Shown here in pieces: positions 1 through 11,435 of a stretch of 64,000 nt of DNA. The number at the start of each line of letters is the position of its first letter. Position 1 is the first letter of the stretch. The notes beneath the pieces were generated by a model. That model saw only the letters and a list, made by a program, of their open reading frames with translations. It was not told the DNA's origin and ran no database searches. Position numbers and translations under genes: made by a program. This stretch comes from Eledone cirrhosa (lineage: Eukaryota), in assembly GCA_964016885.1 (NCBI GenBank), contig OZ024766.1:9176001-9240000 (forward strand), written 5' to 3'.

Positions 1-159
1 TCTGTGTCTATATTCACATATATATCGCTATTTCAGAGCATTTATTCCAATTTCTAATTTCTGCCGGACCGGCAACCGCTCTTTCAAACCAGTTCCTGTA
101 CACAGCTAAGTATTCTATAAGTCTCTAGCTGTGTCATTCTCGATGAAAGCACTGGATAT

Positions 160-203
160 GTAGTCCTGATGAATTCTAACAAGAATGAAACGCGTAGACT
201 TAC
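160..203 (+). ncRNA. Minimal type I hammerhead ribozyme, array copy 1
   Basis: Stem I AGTC(162-165)/GACT(197-200); core CTGATGA 166-172; stem II ATTCT-aaca-AGAAT; GAAA 187-190; palindromic stem III AC-GC-GT; predicted cleavage after GUA (196). Confidence 0.85.
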
Positions 204-470
204 TTCCCTTGCTTTTATCGAGAATCTAATTGTAATACGTGACGTATTCTATTCTATAGCGATTAGGTCTTCAAAATGTTTATTATAAACATACAGAATA
301 TTTTCGAATATTCTGTGTCTATATTCACATATATATCGCTATTTCAGAGCATTTATTCCAATTTCTAATTTCTGCCGGACCGGCAACCGCTCTTTCAAAC
401 CAGTTCCTGTACACAGCTAAGTATTCTATAAGTCTCTAGCTGTGTCATTCTCGATGAAAGCACTGGATAT

Positions 471-515
471 GTAGTCCCTGATGAATTCTAACAAGAATGA
501 AACGCGTAGACTTAC
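471..515 (+). ncRNA. Minimal type I hammerhead ribozyme, array copy 2
   Basis: Same as copy 1 with one extra C before the core; predicted cleavage after 508. Confidence 0.75.
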
Positions 516-782
516 TTCCCTTGCTTTTATCGATAATCTAATTGTAATACGTGACGTATTCTATTCTATAGCGATTAGGTCTTCAAAATGTTTATTATAA
601 ACATACAGAATATTTTCGAATATTCTGTGTCTATATTCACATATATATCGCTATTTCAGAGCATTTATTCCAATTTCTAATTTCTGCCGGACCGGCAACC
701 GCTCTTTCAAACCAGTTCCTGTACACAGCTAAGTATTCTATAAGTCTCTAGCTGTGTCATTCTCGATGAAAGCACTGGATAT

Positions 783-826
783 GTAATCCTGATGAATTCT
801 AACAAGAATGAAACGCGTAGACTTAC
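783..826 (+). ncRNA. Minimal type I hammerhead ribozyme, array copy 3
   Basis: Core intact; one stem I mismatch (AATC vs GACT); predicted cleavage after 819. Confidence 0.7.
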
Positions 827-985
827 TTCCCTTGCTTTATCGAGAATCTAATTGTAATACGTGACGTATTCTATTCTATAGCGATTAGGTCTTCAAAATG
901 TTTATTATAAACATACAGAATATTTTCGAATATTCTGTGTCTATATTCACATATATATCGCTATTTCAGAGCATTTATTCCAATT

Positions 986-1021
<36 letters not shown>

Positions 1022-1039
1022 GTGTGTCTTTCGCTGTCC

Positions 1040-1088
<49 letters not shown>

Positions 1089-1221
1089 ATATATAATATA
1101 TATATGTTCAGACCTATACTTACATATTGATACCGATATACATATACAAACACTCACATATATCTGTATGTAAAGAGGAATAGAGAGACAAAAGTATATA
1201 TACACACATATATATATGTGT

Positions 1222-1275
<54 letters not shown>

Positions 1276-1572
1276 TGTGTGTATTTTATATATATATATA
1301 TGTGTATGTGAGTGTGTGGTTTGTGTGTCTTTCGCTGTCCCTCTCTCTCTCTATATATATATATATGTTCAGACCTATACTTACATATTGATACCGATAT
1401 ACAAACACTCACATATATCTGTATGTAAAGAGGAATAGAGAGACAAAAGTATATATACACATATATATATATATGTGTGTGTGGGTGTGTTTGTGTGTAT
1501 TTTATATATATATATATATGTGTGTATGTGTGTATATTATATATGTGTGTGTGTGTATTTTATATATATATA

Positions 1573-1624
<52 letters not shown>

Positions 1625-2066
1625 TGAGTGTGTGTGGCCGAAATCAAATGACTGAAACAAGTAAAAAGTATATACACAGTTATATATACACATATAAACA
1701 TTTATAAATATACATACACAGATAAATACATACATATATATATACATACCTACAAACATTCTTATATATATATATATATATATACACTCACACACAAATG
1801 TGTTTGGGTGATATGTGTATTTAAGATAGACAACCAATGTACACAAAAACAGTGTCTCCACCTGGTGGAAATATAAACAAACACACATCTGTGTGGTGTG
1901 GTAAGGTGGGGTGTATATATATATATAGTGTATATATATATATACACACAAGGTCTCTCTCAAAAAAGTATACATACTTTGATTAGAATGCTGTTAAAGT
2001 ATGTATACTTTTTTTGGAGGGACACCCAGTATGTATGTAGTATGTGTGTACATATATATATATATA
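986..2066. repeat. (TA)n/(TG)n/(CA)n microsatellite region with a local ~260-bp duplication
   Basis: Dinucleotide runs; GTTCAGACCTATACTTACATATTG at ~1106 and ~1367. Confidence 0.9.
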
Positions 2067-2352
2067 TCATCATCATCATTTCATTTTACATCCACTTTTC
2101 CCTGCTTGCAAGGGTGGGACGGGAACTGATTCTGGCTTGATTTCTACAGCTGGATGCCCTTCCTAACACCAACCTCATTTACAGTGAGGGCTGGGTGCTT
2201 TTTTGGCCATGGCACCTCCACGACCACTTTGCAGTGGAATGATAGGGACCCCAATCCCTATCATCTCATTTCTACAGCTGAGTAAACTGGAGCAATGTGA
2301 AATAAAGTGTCTTGCTCAAGGAAACAACACATCACCCGGTCAGAGAATTGAA
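2067..2352 (-). mobile_element. tRNA-derived SINE family 1 (5'-truncated)
   Basis: Near-identical to the full copies at 6075 and 40806; (ATG)n tail on the minus strand. Confidence 0.85.
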
Positions 2353-2368
2353 CTATATATATATAGGT

Positions 2369-2468
2369 AATATTCAGGATCCCAACGGCTGAGCTCCTGC
2401 CGTTTAAAGGGCTAGTCCGGATCTAGCTGTCGAAACAGCCGAAGCTCAGCCGTCGGGATCCTGAATAT
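2369..2468. repeat. Fold-back hairpin element; related copy at 61570-61660
   Basis: AATATTCAGGATCCCAACGGCTGAGCT ... AGCTCAGCCGTCGGGATCCTGAATATT. Confidence 0.8.
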
Positions 2469-2547
2469 TTTCATATTACCCACTCTACTACGCTAAGTAA
2501 CGAGTACTCTGGTGGGTTATGGTCTAACTGGTTTTTACCGCTTCCAT

Positions 2548-2589
<42 letters not shown>

Positions 2590-2712
2590 TTGTTTTGCAA
2601 TTCAAATAAAAATGGCGTAGGCATACAATAGGAGGAAACATAATAGTACCACTGATGATGTTGCAGATGTGTGACGAAAGAACTTTGATAGACTATATAT
2701 ATATATATATAC

Positions 2713-2743
<31 letters not shown>

Positions 2744-2773
2744 AAATCAAAAGATGGTTAAAAGAGTTCCATG

Positions 2774-2844
2774 TATTTTATTATGCACATTTCAAAAACA
2801 AATATCATCATGGGATGATATTTGCGTTCTCATCAGATAAAATA
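2774..2844 (-). ncRNA. Type I hammerhead motif (family A)
   Basis: Minus strand reads TATTTTAT CTGATGA [GAACGCAAATATCATC..GATGATATTTGTTTTT] GAAA TGTGCA TA ATAAAATA; perfect 8-bp stem I. Confidence 0.8.
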
Positions 2845-2960
2845 GGAAGACATATGAAGTTTAAAAAAACACTTGCGAGCAGTGAAGTGTTAAATCAACA
2901 TATGTTGATTTAACACTTCACTGCTCGCAAGTGATTTTTAAGCTTCATATCATCTCTCCC

Positions 2961-3029
2961 TATTTTATCTGATGAGAACGCAAATATCATCCCATGATGA
3001 TATTTGTTTTTGAAATGCGCATAATAAAT
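2961..3029 (+). ncRNA. Type I hammerhead motif (family A)
   Basis: TATTTTAT CTGATGA stem II GAAA TGCGCA TA ATAAAT; palindromic stem III ATGCGCAT. Confidence 0.8.
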
Positions 3030-3078
3030 TACATGTAACTCTTTTAACCATCTTTTGATTTTATATTATTTATACTCC

Positions 3079-3129
<51 letters not shown>

Positions 3130-3134
<5 letters not shown>

Positions 3135-3362
3135 ATATTAACAAATGGAAACTATATTTATAAAACCATATTTATTTCATTATACATATTTCAAGGACAC
3201 CAAAGAAAATTATGGTGCGCTTTCATTAGATAAAATATAATATAGATCAGTATATATTTTATCTGATGAAAGCGCACCATAATTTGCTTTGGTGTCCTTG
3301 AAATATGTATAATGAAATAAATATGGTTTTATAAATATAGTTTCCATTTGTTAATATATCGT
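3130..3362. mobile_element. Inverted-repeat element with hammerhead pair (minus copy has core mutation CTAATGA)
   Basis: Arms ~3130-3239 and ~3253-3362 reverse-complementary. Confidence 0.8.
3255..3319 (+). ncRNA. Type I hammerhead motif (family A)
   Basis: TATTTTAT CTGATGA AAG-C-GCACCA..TGGTGT-C-CTT GAAA TATGTA TA ATGAAATA. Confidence 0.8.
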
Positions 3363-3602
3363 ATTTTTACTCCAATAATTTGATGAGTGCTTTATATCAG
3401 TTATAAAAATATTTGCTTGTTGTATCCCAACAAATTAAATAGGACTTCTACATATATTTATATCTGTATTTTTAACCGTTGGTCAATCAATGATAAACAT
3501 TAATTGCCAAATAAATTAACTATGGAGATATAAAAGATACAGAAGTGAAAACCAACCAAACAGTGAGTGTGTTCTGTTATTATTTCTGGCAATATTATTA
3601 CA

Positions 3603-3982
3603 ATTGGCAGTATCGGTAGAGGGTTGGACGCCATGCTTTGACGCATAGAGTTACGCCCCTTGCCATTCTGAGTTCAAATTCCGCCAAGGTTAACTTAACC
3701 TTTCATCCTTACGGGGTCGATAAAATAAAGTACCAGTAATACACTGGGTATTTGCTGGCCTTGTGCCTAACGTAGAAACAATTATTACAATAATTGGCAG
3801 TATCGGTAGAGGGTCGGACGCCATGCTTTGACGCATAGAGTTACGCCCCTTGCCAGCGATTCTGAGTTCAAATTCCGCCGAGGTTAACTTTACCTTTCAT
3901 CCTTACGGGGTCGATAAAATAAAGTACCAGTAATACACTGGCATAATTGCTGGCCTTGTGCCAAAGCTAGAAACAATTATTA
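3603..3982 (+). mobile_element. SINE family 2, two tandem copies
   Basis: B-box-like GAGTTCAAATTCC, central CCTTTCATCCTTACGGGGTCGATAAAATAAAGTACCAGT, tail GTAGAAACAATTATT; other copies at 26730, 34250, 43500. Confidence 0.75.
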
Positions 3983-4329
3983 CAACAATATGACCCTCCC
4001 CAAGTATAACAATATATATTATATAGTCAATGTGTGTAGAATAACGTGGTTAGCTCTACAATAGAGTTTATTCAAAGTATTAACAATTGTTTCATTATTT
4101 AGGTGTGTCTAAAATTCGATGATCGCAAGATGCTACGTCAATCGATTTTAATTACAGTCGATTCCCGCGACCAAATCATCAGAATATTGATCTGTGTGCA
4201 TGATAGAGGGCGCTAGTATTGATAGATACATGAAAAAATAACAGGAATGAAAGCAATAATAATTTTTATACGAAAATTGTTAATATGTTACTATCGCAAA
4301 TGGATGAGATATTCTAGCCGCATTGAAAC

Positions 4330-5431
4330 GTCCCCTCTCTCTGCCCAGTCCTTCTCCCACCCCCTCTCTCTCTCTCTCTGCCCAGTGGTTCTCCCTCCCC
4401 CTCTCTCTCTCTGCCCAGTCCTTCTCCCTCCCCCTCTCTCTCTCTACCCAGTCCTTCTCCCTCCCCCTCTCTCTCTCTACCCAGTCCTTCTCCTTCCCCC
4501 TCTCTCTCTCTGCCCAGTCCTTCTCCCTCCCCCTCTCTCTCTCTCTCTCTACCCAGTCCTTCTCCCTCCCTCTCTCTCTCTGCCCAGTCCTTCTCTCCCC
4601 CCCTCTCTCTACCCAGTCCTTCTCCCTCCCCATCTCTCTCTACACAGTCCTTCTCCCCCCTCTCTCTATCCAGTGGTTCTCCATCCCCCTCTCTCTCTAT
4701 CCAGTGGTTCTCCCTCCCCCTCTCTCTCTCGCTGGCCAGTCCTTCTCCCTCCCCCTCTCTCTACCCAGTCTTCTCCCTCCCCCCTCTCTCTCTCTACCCA
4801 GTCCTCCCTCCCCCTCTCTCTACACTATCATTCTCCCCCTCTCCAGCCAGTCTTCTCCCTCCCCCTCTCTCTCTACCCAGTCCTTCTCCCTCCCTCTACC
4901 CAGTATTCTCCCTCCCCTCCCTCTCTCTACCCAGTCTTCTCCCTCCCCAGTCCTTCTCCCTCCCTCTCTCTCTACCCAGTCCTTTTCCCTCTCTCTCTAC
5001 CTAGTCCTTTCCCCTACCCATCTCTCTCTACCCAGACTTCTTCCCCCTTCCGGTCATCCCCCTCTCTACCCCAGTCCTTCTCCCTCCCACCCCACCCCCT
5101 GTCACTTAGGTTCATTCGCAGCTGTACAACTACGGACACCCCCCTACCACAACCCTCTACCCCACCCCCCTCTTCAATCACAACCCCTCCCCTACCCCCT
5201 CATCATACCCGACACCCACCCCGCGGGGGGGGGCAGGGGTGTCGGATTTCTCCTTAGCTTTCAATCGTCGGTCTGTGTTTATTTTGTCCCCTCCGCCCTT
5301 CAAATCCCTTCCCACACTCCGCTACTACTACTAATACCATCACCACTACTACTACTACTACCACTACTGTTACTACTACTATTACTAATACTACTACTGC
5401 TAATACTACTGCTACTGTTACTACTAATACT

Positions 5432-5467
<36 letters not shown>

Positions 5468-5660
5468 GCTACCACCACCACTACTGCTACTACCACCACC
5501 ACCACCACCACCACCACCACTACTACTGCTACCACCACCACCACCACCACTACTACCACCACTACTGCTACTACTACCACCACCACCACTACTACTGACT
5601 GCTACTACCACCACTACCACCACCACCACTACTGCTACCACCACCACCACCACCACTACT
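4330..5660. repeat. CT-rich minisatellite (ACCCAGTCCTTCTCCCTCCCCCTCTCTCT) followed by (ACT/ACC)n
   Basis: Direct inspection. Confidence 0.9.
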
Positions 5661-5934
5661 ACTTCACATACACGCTTAACATAACATGTCATCTATGTTT
5701 ACATACGTTTTCTAAAAACACCACCCGGACCCATCCCGCCCGCCACCCCCATCTCCCCCCCCCCCCCCAGTTACGCACCGCCACCACCACCACCAATCCC
5801 AGCCACCCACAACATTCCACCCTTTTCAACAACCCCCCCTCACCCTTTCTCGCTCCAGTTTGGTACCCACTGACTTTCACAGACTTTCACAGTTAGTAAG
5901 GTACTCAATACATTAGTAAAGTGTAAACATCATG

Positions 5935-6055
5935 TTTAATATAGAAATGGCTTCTACAGGACTAGAACTGTTTCATTTAGAAGAAATCATCAAGAAAGCC
6001 TGATTTCTTTTGAGTGAAACAGTTCTAGTCTTGTAGAAGCCATTTCTATATTAAA
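5935..6055. mobile_element. Fold-back element family B with decayed hammerhead-like core on the minus strand
   Basis: TTTAATATAGAAATGGCTTCTACAGGACTAGAACTGTTTCA ... TGAAACAGTTCTAGTCTTGTAGAAGCCATTTCTATATTAAA; relatives at 40685 and 61720. Confidence 0.7.
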
Positions 6056-6074
6056 TTGATTAATTTATATATTT

Positions 6075-6410
6075 CATCATCATCATCATTTTACGTCCGC
6101 TTTTTCCCTGCTTGCAAGGGTGGGACGGGAACTGATTCTGGCTTGATTTCTACAGCTGGATGCCCTTCCTAACACCAACCTCATTTACAGTGAGTGCTGG
6201 GTGCTTTTTTGCCGTGGCACCTCCACGACCACTTTGCAGTGGAATGATAGGGACCCCAGTCCCTTTCATCTCATTTCTACAGCTGAGTAAACTGGAGCAA
6301 TGTGAAATAAAGTGTCTTGCTCAAGGAAACAACACATCACCTGGTCTGAGAATTGAACTCACAACCTTTCGATTGCAAGGCCAATGCTCTAACCACTAAG
6401 CCATGTGCCT

Positions 6411-6412
<2 letters not shown>
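6075..6412 (-). mobile_element. tRNA-derived SINE family 1, full length
   Basis: Minus strand: A box TGGCTTAGTGG, B box GAGTTCAATTC, CORE-like CCTTGAGCAAGACACTT, 3' tail shared with the RTE LINE at 6963, (ATG)n end. Confidence 0.9.
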
Positions 6413-6478
<66 letters not shown>

Positions 6479-6631
6479 AAAGTTATATTTAAAATTGTTG
6501 GGTTACAACTAGTAAATATTTATAACTGATATAAAAGCACTCGACAAATATTTGGAGTTTAACCTCTGCAAATGTAAGTCGATGTTATTACGGTATGTCG
6601 AATCTATTTATCTATAAAACTGTTTATATTG

Positions 6632-6697
6632 TATTTTGTCTGAGGAAGGCATAGCATATTGTTAATATGATATCCCCGAAATATATATAATGAAATA
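6632..6697 (+). ncRNA. Type I hammerhead motif (family A, CUGAGGA core)
   Basis: TATTTTGT CTGAGGA stem II (CATATT-gtt-AATATG) GAAA TATATA TA ATGAAATA; downstream flank shared with 3320 and 39550. Confidence 0.7.
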
Positions 6698-6734
6698 AAT
6701 ATGGTTTTATAAATATAGTTTCCATTTATTTAAT

Positions 6735-6787
<53 letters not shown>

Positions 6788-6962
6788 AGTTGTTAGGGTT
6801 GCAGGTAAATGCGTCCGTAGGAACCTTTGAATGAAGAGTCAGGTTCGATCTGTAATAGATCCTGCCTCGAGCTGATTGACGGAGAAACACATGTAATGTT
6901 ATTAAATTGTGTTTTGATGCATTACTGATTCCTCATTATCTATAATATATATATATTTATAT

Positions 6963-7846
6963 ATCATCATCATCATTTTACGTCTGCTTTTCCTTGCTTG
7001 CAAGGGTGGGACGGGTCCTATTCAGCACAGCATCTCCACTTGTCACGGTCCTTCGTCATCTCCTCCGTGAGCTTCAGTGATCTGAGGTCTGCTCTCACCA
7101 CCTCCGCCCATGTTTTTCGTGGTCTTCCTCTACTGCGTCTTCCTTCTACTGGGATTTCTTGGCACTTCTTCACCCAGCGGTCATCCCCCATGTACATCAC
7201 ATGTCCATACCATCGCAGTCTTCTCTCCTGCACACGACAACTTATCCCTCTTATACAGTTTCACTCTCACCACCTCCGCCCATGTTTTTCGTGGTCTTCC
7301 TCTACCACGTCTTCCTTCTACTGGGATTTCTTGGCACTTCTTTACCCAGCGGTCATCCTCCATGTGCATCACATGTCCATACCATCTCAGTCTTCTCTCC
7401 CACATACCACAGTTTATCCCTCTTATACAGTTTCACTCTCACCACCTCTGCCCATGTTTTTCGTGGTCTACCTCTACTGTCTCTTCCTTCTACTGGGATT
7501 TCTTGGCACTTCTTTACCCAGCGGTCATCCTCCATGTGCATCACATGTCCATACCATCTCAGTCTTCTCTCCCACATACCACAGTTTATCCCTCTTATAC
7601 AGTTTCACTCTCACCACCTCTGCCCATATTTTTCGTGGTCTACCTCTACTGTGTCTTCCTTCTACTGGGATTTCTTGGCACTTCTTTACCCAGCGGTCAT
7701 CCTCCATGTACATGACATGCCCATACCATGGCAGACTTCTCTCCCGCACACTACAGCCTATCCCTCTTATACAGTTTCTCTCTCAACTCATCTATGTTTG
7801 GTCGTTCACGCACATTGACATTGCACATCCAACGGAGCATGCTTGC

Positions 7847-7850
<4 letters not shown>
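6963..7850 (-). mobile_element. RTE-type LINE 3' fragment with internal 172-bp tandem quadruplication
   Basis: Minus ORFs ERRLRWYGHVMHMEDDRWVKKCQEIPVEGRRGRGRPRKTW, typical of RTE ORF2 C-termini; ORFs offset by 172 bp; (ATG)n tail. Confidence 0.85.
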
Positions 7851-7898
<48 letters not shown>

Positions 7899-8239
7899 CA
7901 CACACACAAAAATAAAACCGTTACTGCTCAATCAGTCCACTAAACCCTTAATAAACACCCTAAACCAAACGCCAACCTACTTAGGGGACCCTGCTAAACC
8001 AGTAGACGACCCACCCTGCAAATTCAGCAAACTAATTTTAAAAAACCCACCGCCTTCTGGGGTTAATAACTTATCGCGCCTGTGCCATGACCTGGTGTTT
8101 CATATCGTCTGCGTGTAAGAAAGATTTGCACTGTAATGGTTGCCATTTAAAACATTTTATGAGCGTTTTAAGTCTTTTAACCATCATTTACCTGTGAACG
8201 CATGGAGTATTTTATATAGAATGTAAACTTACACCACAG

Positions 8240-8865
8240 AATTATATTTAGAACAGCATAAAATTAAATTTTGAACTACACAAAATTATATTTAGAATGG
8301 CACAAAATTATATTTAGAACGGCATACAATTAAATTTTGAACTACACAAAATTATATTTAGAATGGCACAAAATTCAATTTTGAATGGCACAAAATTCAA
8401 TTTTGAACAACACAAAATTATATTTAGAACTACACAAAATACAATTTTGAAATACAAAAAATTATATTTAGAATTACAAAAAATTATATTTAGAACTACA
8501 AAAAATCAAGTTAAATATTTAAAAAATCATATTTTGAACTACAAAGAATTAGATTTGATACTACAAAAAATTATATTTTAAACTGCACAAAATACAATTT
8601 AGAACTACAAAAAATTACATTTAGAACTACAGAAAATTAGATTTAAAATTAAATTTAGAACTGCACAAAATCCAGTTAAGAAGTATCAAAAATCATATTT
8701 TGAACTACAAAATTAAATTTACAACTACACAAAATTAGATTTAGCACTACAAAAAAATAATATTTAAAACTACACAAAATCCAGTTTAGAAGTACAAAAA
8801 ATTATTTTTACAACACAAAATTACATTTTGAAGTACGGAAAATTATATTTTGAACTACACAAAAT
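8240..8865. repeat. Degenerate ~21-22-bp AT-rich minisatellite (AAAATTATATTTAGAACTACAC)
   Basis: Direct inspection. Confidence 0.8.
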
Positions 8866-8867
8866 TC

Positions 8868-11340
8868 CGTGGTGGTCTTGTGGTGGTTGTTGGTGGTGGT
8901 GGCGGTGATGTTGTTGGTGGTGGTGGTGTTATTGTTAATGTTGGGCTGTAAATGGTTGTGGAGGTGTTTGGTGGTGTTGTTGCTCCGTTACTGATGGTGG
9001 TGGTGTTGTTGTTGTTGGTGGTGGTGGTGTTGGTGGTGGTGTTGCTCCGTTACTGATGGTGGTGGTGATGGTGGTGGTGGTGGTGTTGCTCCGTTACTGA
9101 TGGTGGTGGTGATGTCGGTGGTTGTGGTGGTGTTGTTGGTGGTGGTGTTGCTCCGTTACTGATGGTGGTGGTGATGTCGTTGGTGGTTGTGGTGGTGGTG
9201 TTCTTGTTGGTGGTGGTGGTGGTGTTGCTCCGTTACTGATGGTGGTGGTGATGTCGTTGGTGGTGGTGGTGGTGTTGTTGTTGTTGGTGGTGGTGGTGGT
9301 GGTGTTTCTCCGTTACTGATGGTGGTGGTGATATCGTTGGTGGTGGTGGTGGTGTTGTTGTTGTTGGTGGTGGTGGTGGTGTTGCTCCGTTACTGATGGT
9401 GGTGGTGATGTTGGTGGTGGTGGTGGTGGTTGTGGTGGTGGTGGTGTTGCTCCGTTACTGATGGCGGTGGTGATGTTGGTGGTGGTGGTGGTGGTGGTGG
9501 TGTTGCTCCGTTACTGATGGTGGTGGTGATGTTGGTGGTGGTGGTGGTGGTGGTGGTGGTGGTGGTGTTGGTGGTGGTGGTGTTGTTGCTCAGTTACTGA
9601 TGGTGGTGGTGATGTCGTTGGTGGTGGTGGTGGTGTTGCTCCGTTACTGATGGTGGTGGTGATGTTGGTGGTGGTGGTGGTGTTGGTGGTGGTGGTGATG
9701 TTGGTGGTGGTGTTGGTGGTGGTGGTGTTGCTCCGTTACAGATGGTGGTGGTGGTGGTGTCACTGTTGCCATTATAGATGGTGGTGTGGGGACTGTTTCT
9801 GTTGGCGGAGGTGCGGTTGTTGTTGTTGTTGCTGGTCTGTGACTGGTTAAAATGCTTCCTTTTCGAGAGAGAGGGAATGACAGAGATAGAGAGAGAGAGA
9901 AATGAGAGAGAGAGAGAGAGAATTGTAGAGACAGGGAGGGAGGGAGGGAGAATGACAGAGAGAGAGAGAGAGACAGGGAGAGAGAGAATGATAGAGAGAG
10001 AGAGAAATGAGAGAGAGACAGGAAGAGAGAATGATAGAGAGAGAGAGAATTGTAGAGACAGGGAGGGAGGGAGAATGAGAGAGAGAGAGAGAGAGACAGG
10101 GAGAGAGAGAATGATAGAGAGAGAGAGAAATGAGAGAGAGACAGGAAGAGAGAATGATAGAGAGAGAGAGAATTGTAGAGACAGGGAGGGAGGGAGAATG
10201 ACAGAGAGAGAGAGAGAGAGAGATAATGATAGAGAGAGAGAGAAATGAGAGAGAGACAGGAAGAAAGAATGATAGAGAGAGAGGGAGAGAGAAAGAATAA
10301 CAGAGACAGGGAGGGAGAGAGAAAGAGTGAGAGAGCTTGTGTGTGTGTGTGTGAGAGAGCTTGTGTGTGTGAGAGAGAGAGCGAGAGAGAGAGAGAGCGA
10401 GAGAGAGAGAGAGGGAGGACAGAGAGAGAGAGAGAGAAAGGAGGCGGAGGAGGCGAGAGAGAGAGAGAACTTGTGAGAGGACATTAGCAGCAGTAAAAAA
10501 AACTCAACAAACACTGTTTGTTTTATAACATGTTAACTGGCTTGTGGTGGTTGTTGTTGTTGTTGTAGTGGTTGTTGTGGTGGTTGTTGTTGTAGTGGTT
10601 GTAGTTGTTGTAGTGGTGGTGTTGGTGGTGTTGTAGTTGTTGTTATAGTGGGTGGTGTTGTTGTTACTGTTGTCGTGGTTGTTGTTGTAGTGGTTGTGCT
10701 GGTGATTGGTGTTGTAGTGGTTGGTGTTGTTGTTACTGTTGTGCTGGTTGTGGTTGTTGGTGTTGTTACTGTTGCTGTTACTGTTGTAGTGGTTGTGGTT
10801 GTTGTTGTGGTTGTTGCTGTTGTTACTGTTGTGGTTGTTGTTGTTACTGTTGTAGTGGTTGTGTTGTAGTAGTGGTTGTGTTGGTGGTGTTGTAGTTGTT
10901 ACTGTTGTGGTTGTAGTTGTTGTTGTGGTTGTTGTTACTGTTGTAGTGGTTGTCTTTTTACATAAATAAATAAAACGAAGAAGGCAAAGAAGAACAACAA
11001 CAACAAGGAAGAAGAAGAAACCCCCTACTCCTCCAAGAAATTCCCCTACCCCTCCAAGAAGAAACCCCCTACCCCTCCAAGAAGAAACCCCCTACCCCTC
11101 CAAGAAATTCCCCTACCCCTCCAAGAAGAAACCCCCTACCCCTCCAAGAAGAAACCCCCTACCCCTCCAAGAAATTCCCCTACCCCTCCAAGAAGAAACC
11201 CCCTACCCCTCCAAGAAGAAACCCCCTACCCCTCCAAGAAGAAACCCCCTACTCCTCCAAGAAATCCCCCTACCCCTCCAAGAAACCTCCCCACCCCCAA
11301 GACCCCCCACCCCTCCTAGAAGAACCCATCCCCACCCCCT
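8868..11340. repeat. Low-complexity block: (GGT)n with GTTGCTCCGTTACTGAT spacers, (GA)n, (GTT)n and a ~22-bp AAGAAACCCCCTACCCCTCC repeat
   Basis: Direct inspection. Confidence 0.9.
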
Positions 11341-11435
11341 TACCCCACCACAGAAACTTCATCTCCAGAAAAGTTTGTGTAAGACGCCAGAGATGTTTGT
11401 CAAAACCAGCCTCTCTCTGCCATATGGCTGTTTAT

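Larger units (their letters stand above)
1..985 (+). repeat. ~311-bp tandem array (3 full units plus a partial one, truncated by window start), one hammerhead motif per unit; retrozyme / Penelope pLTR-like
   Basis: TCTGTGTCTATATTCACATATATATCGC recurs at 1, 312, 624 and 934; units nearly identical; array ends in (TA)n; no credible ORF. Confidence 0.9.
2741..3064. mobile_element. Palindromic element (~160-bp arms, no spacer) with two oppositely oriented hammerheads; Penelope-like inverted pLTR fragment
   Basis: Centre CAACAT|ATGTTG at 2901/2902; arms reverse-complementary with few mismatches; (TA)n on both flanks. Confidence 0.8.

Noticed and set aside
898-2140. YIYI/CVCV/THTH ORFs here and throughout the window
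   Set aside because: Translations of dinucleotide microsatellites
2645-2695. Hammerhead at CTGATGATGTTGCAGATGTGTGACGAAAG
   Set aside because: Stem II is plausible but stems I and III cannot be formed convincingly; at best a decayed copy
6340-6412. tRNA gene
   Set aside because: A/B boxes belong to a SINE head with no complete cloverleaf; same for 27170-27236, 35090-35163, 41070-41142 and 51160-51217
6828-6900. Hammerhead-like ATGAAGA...GAAACACATGTA
   Set aside because: Core C3 missing and stems ambiguous
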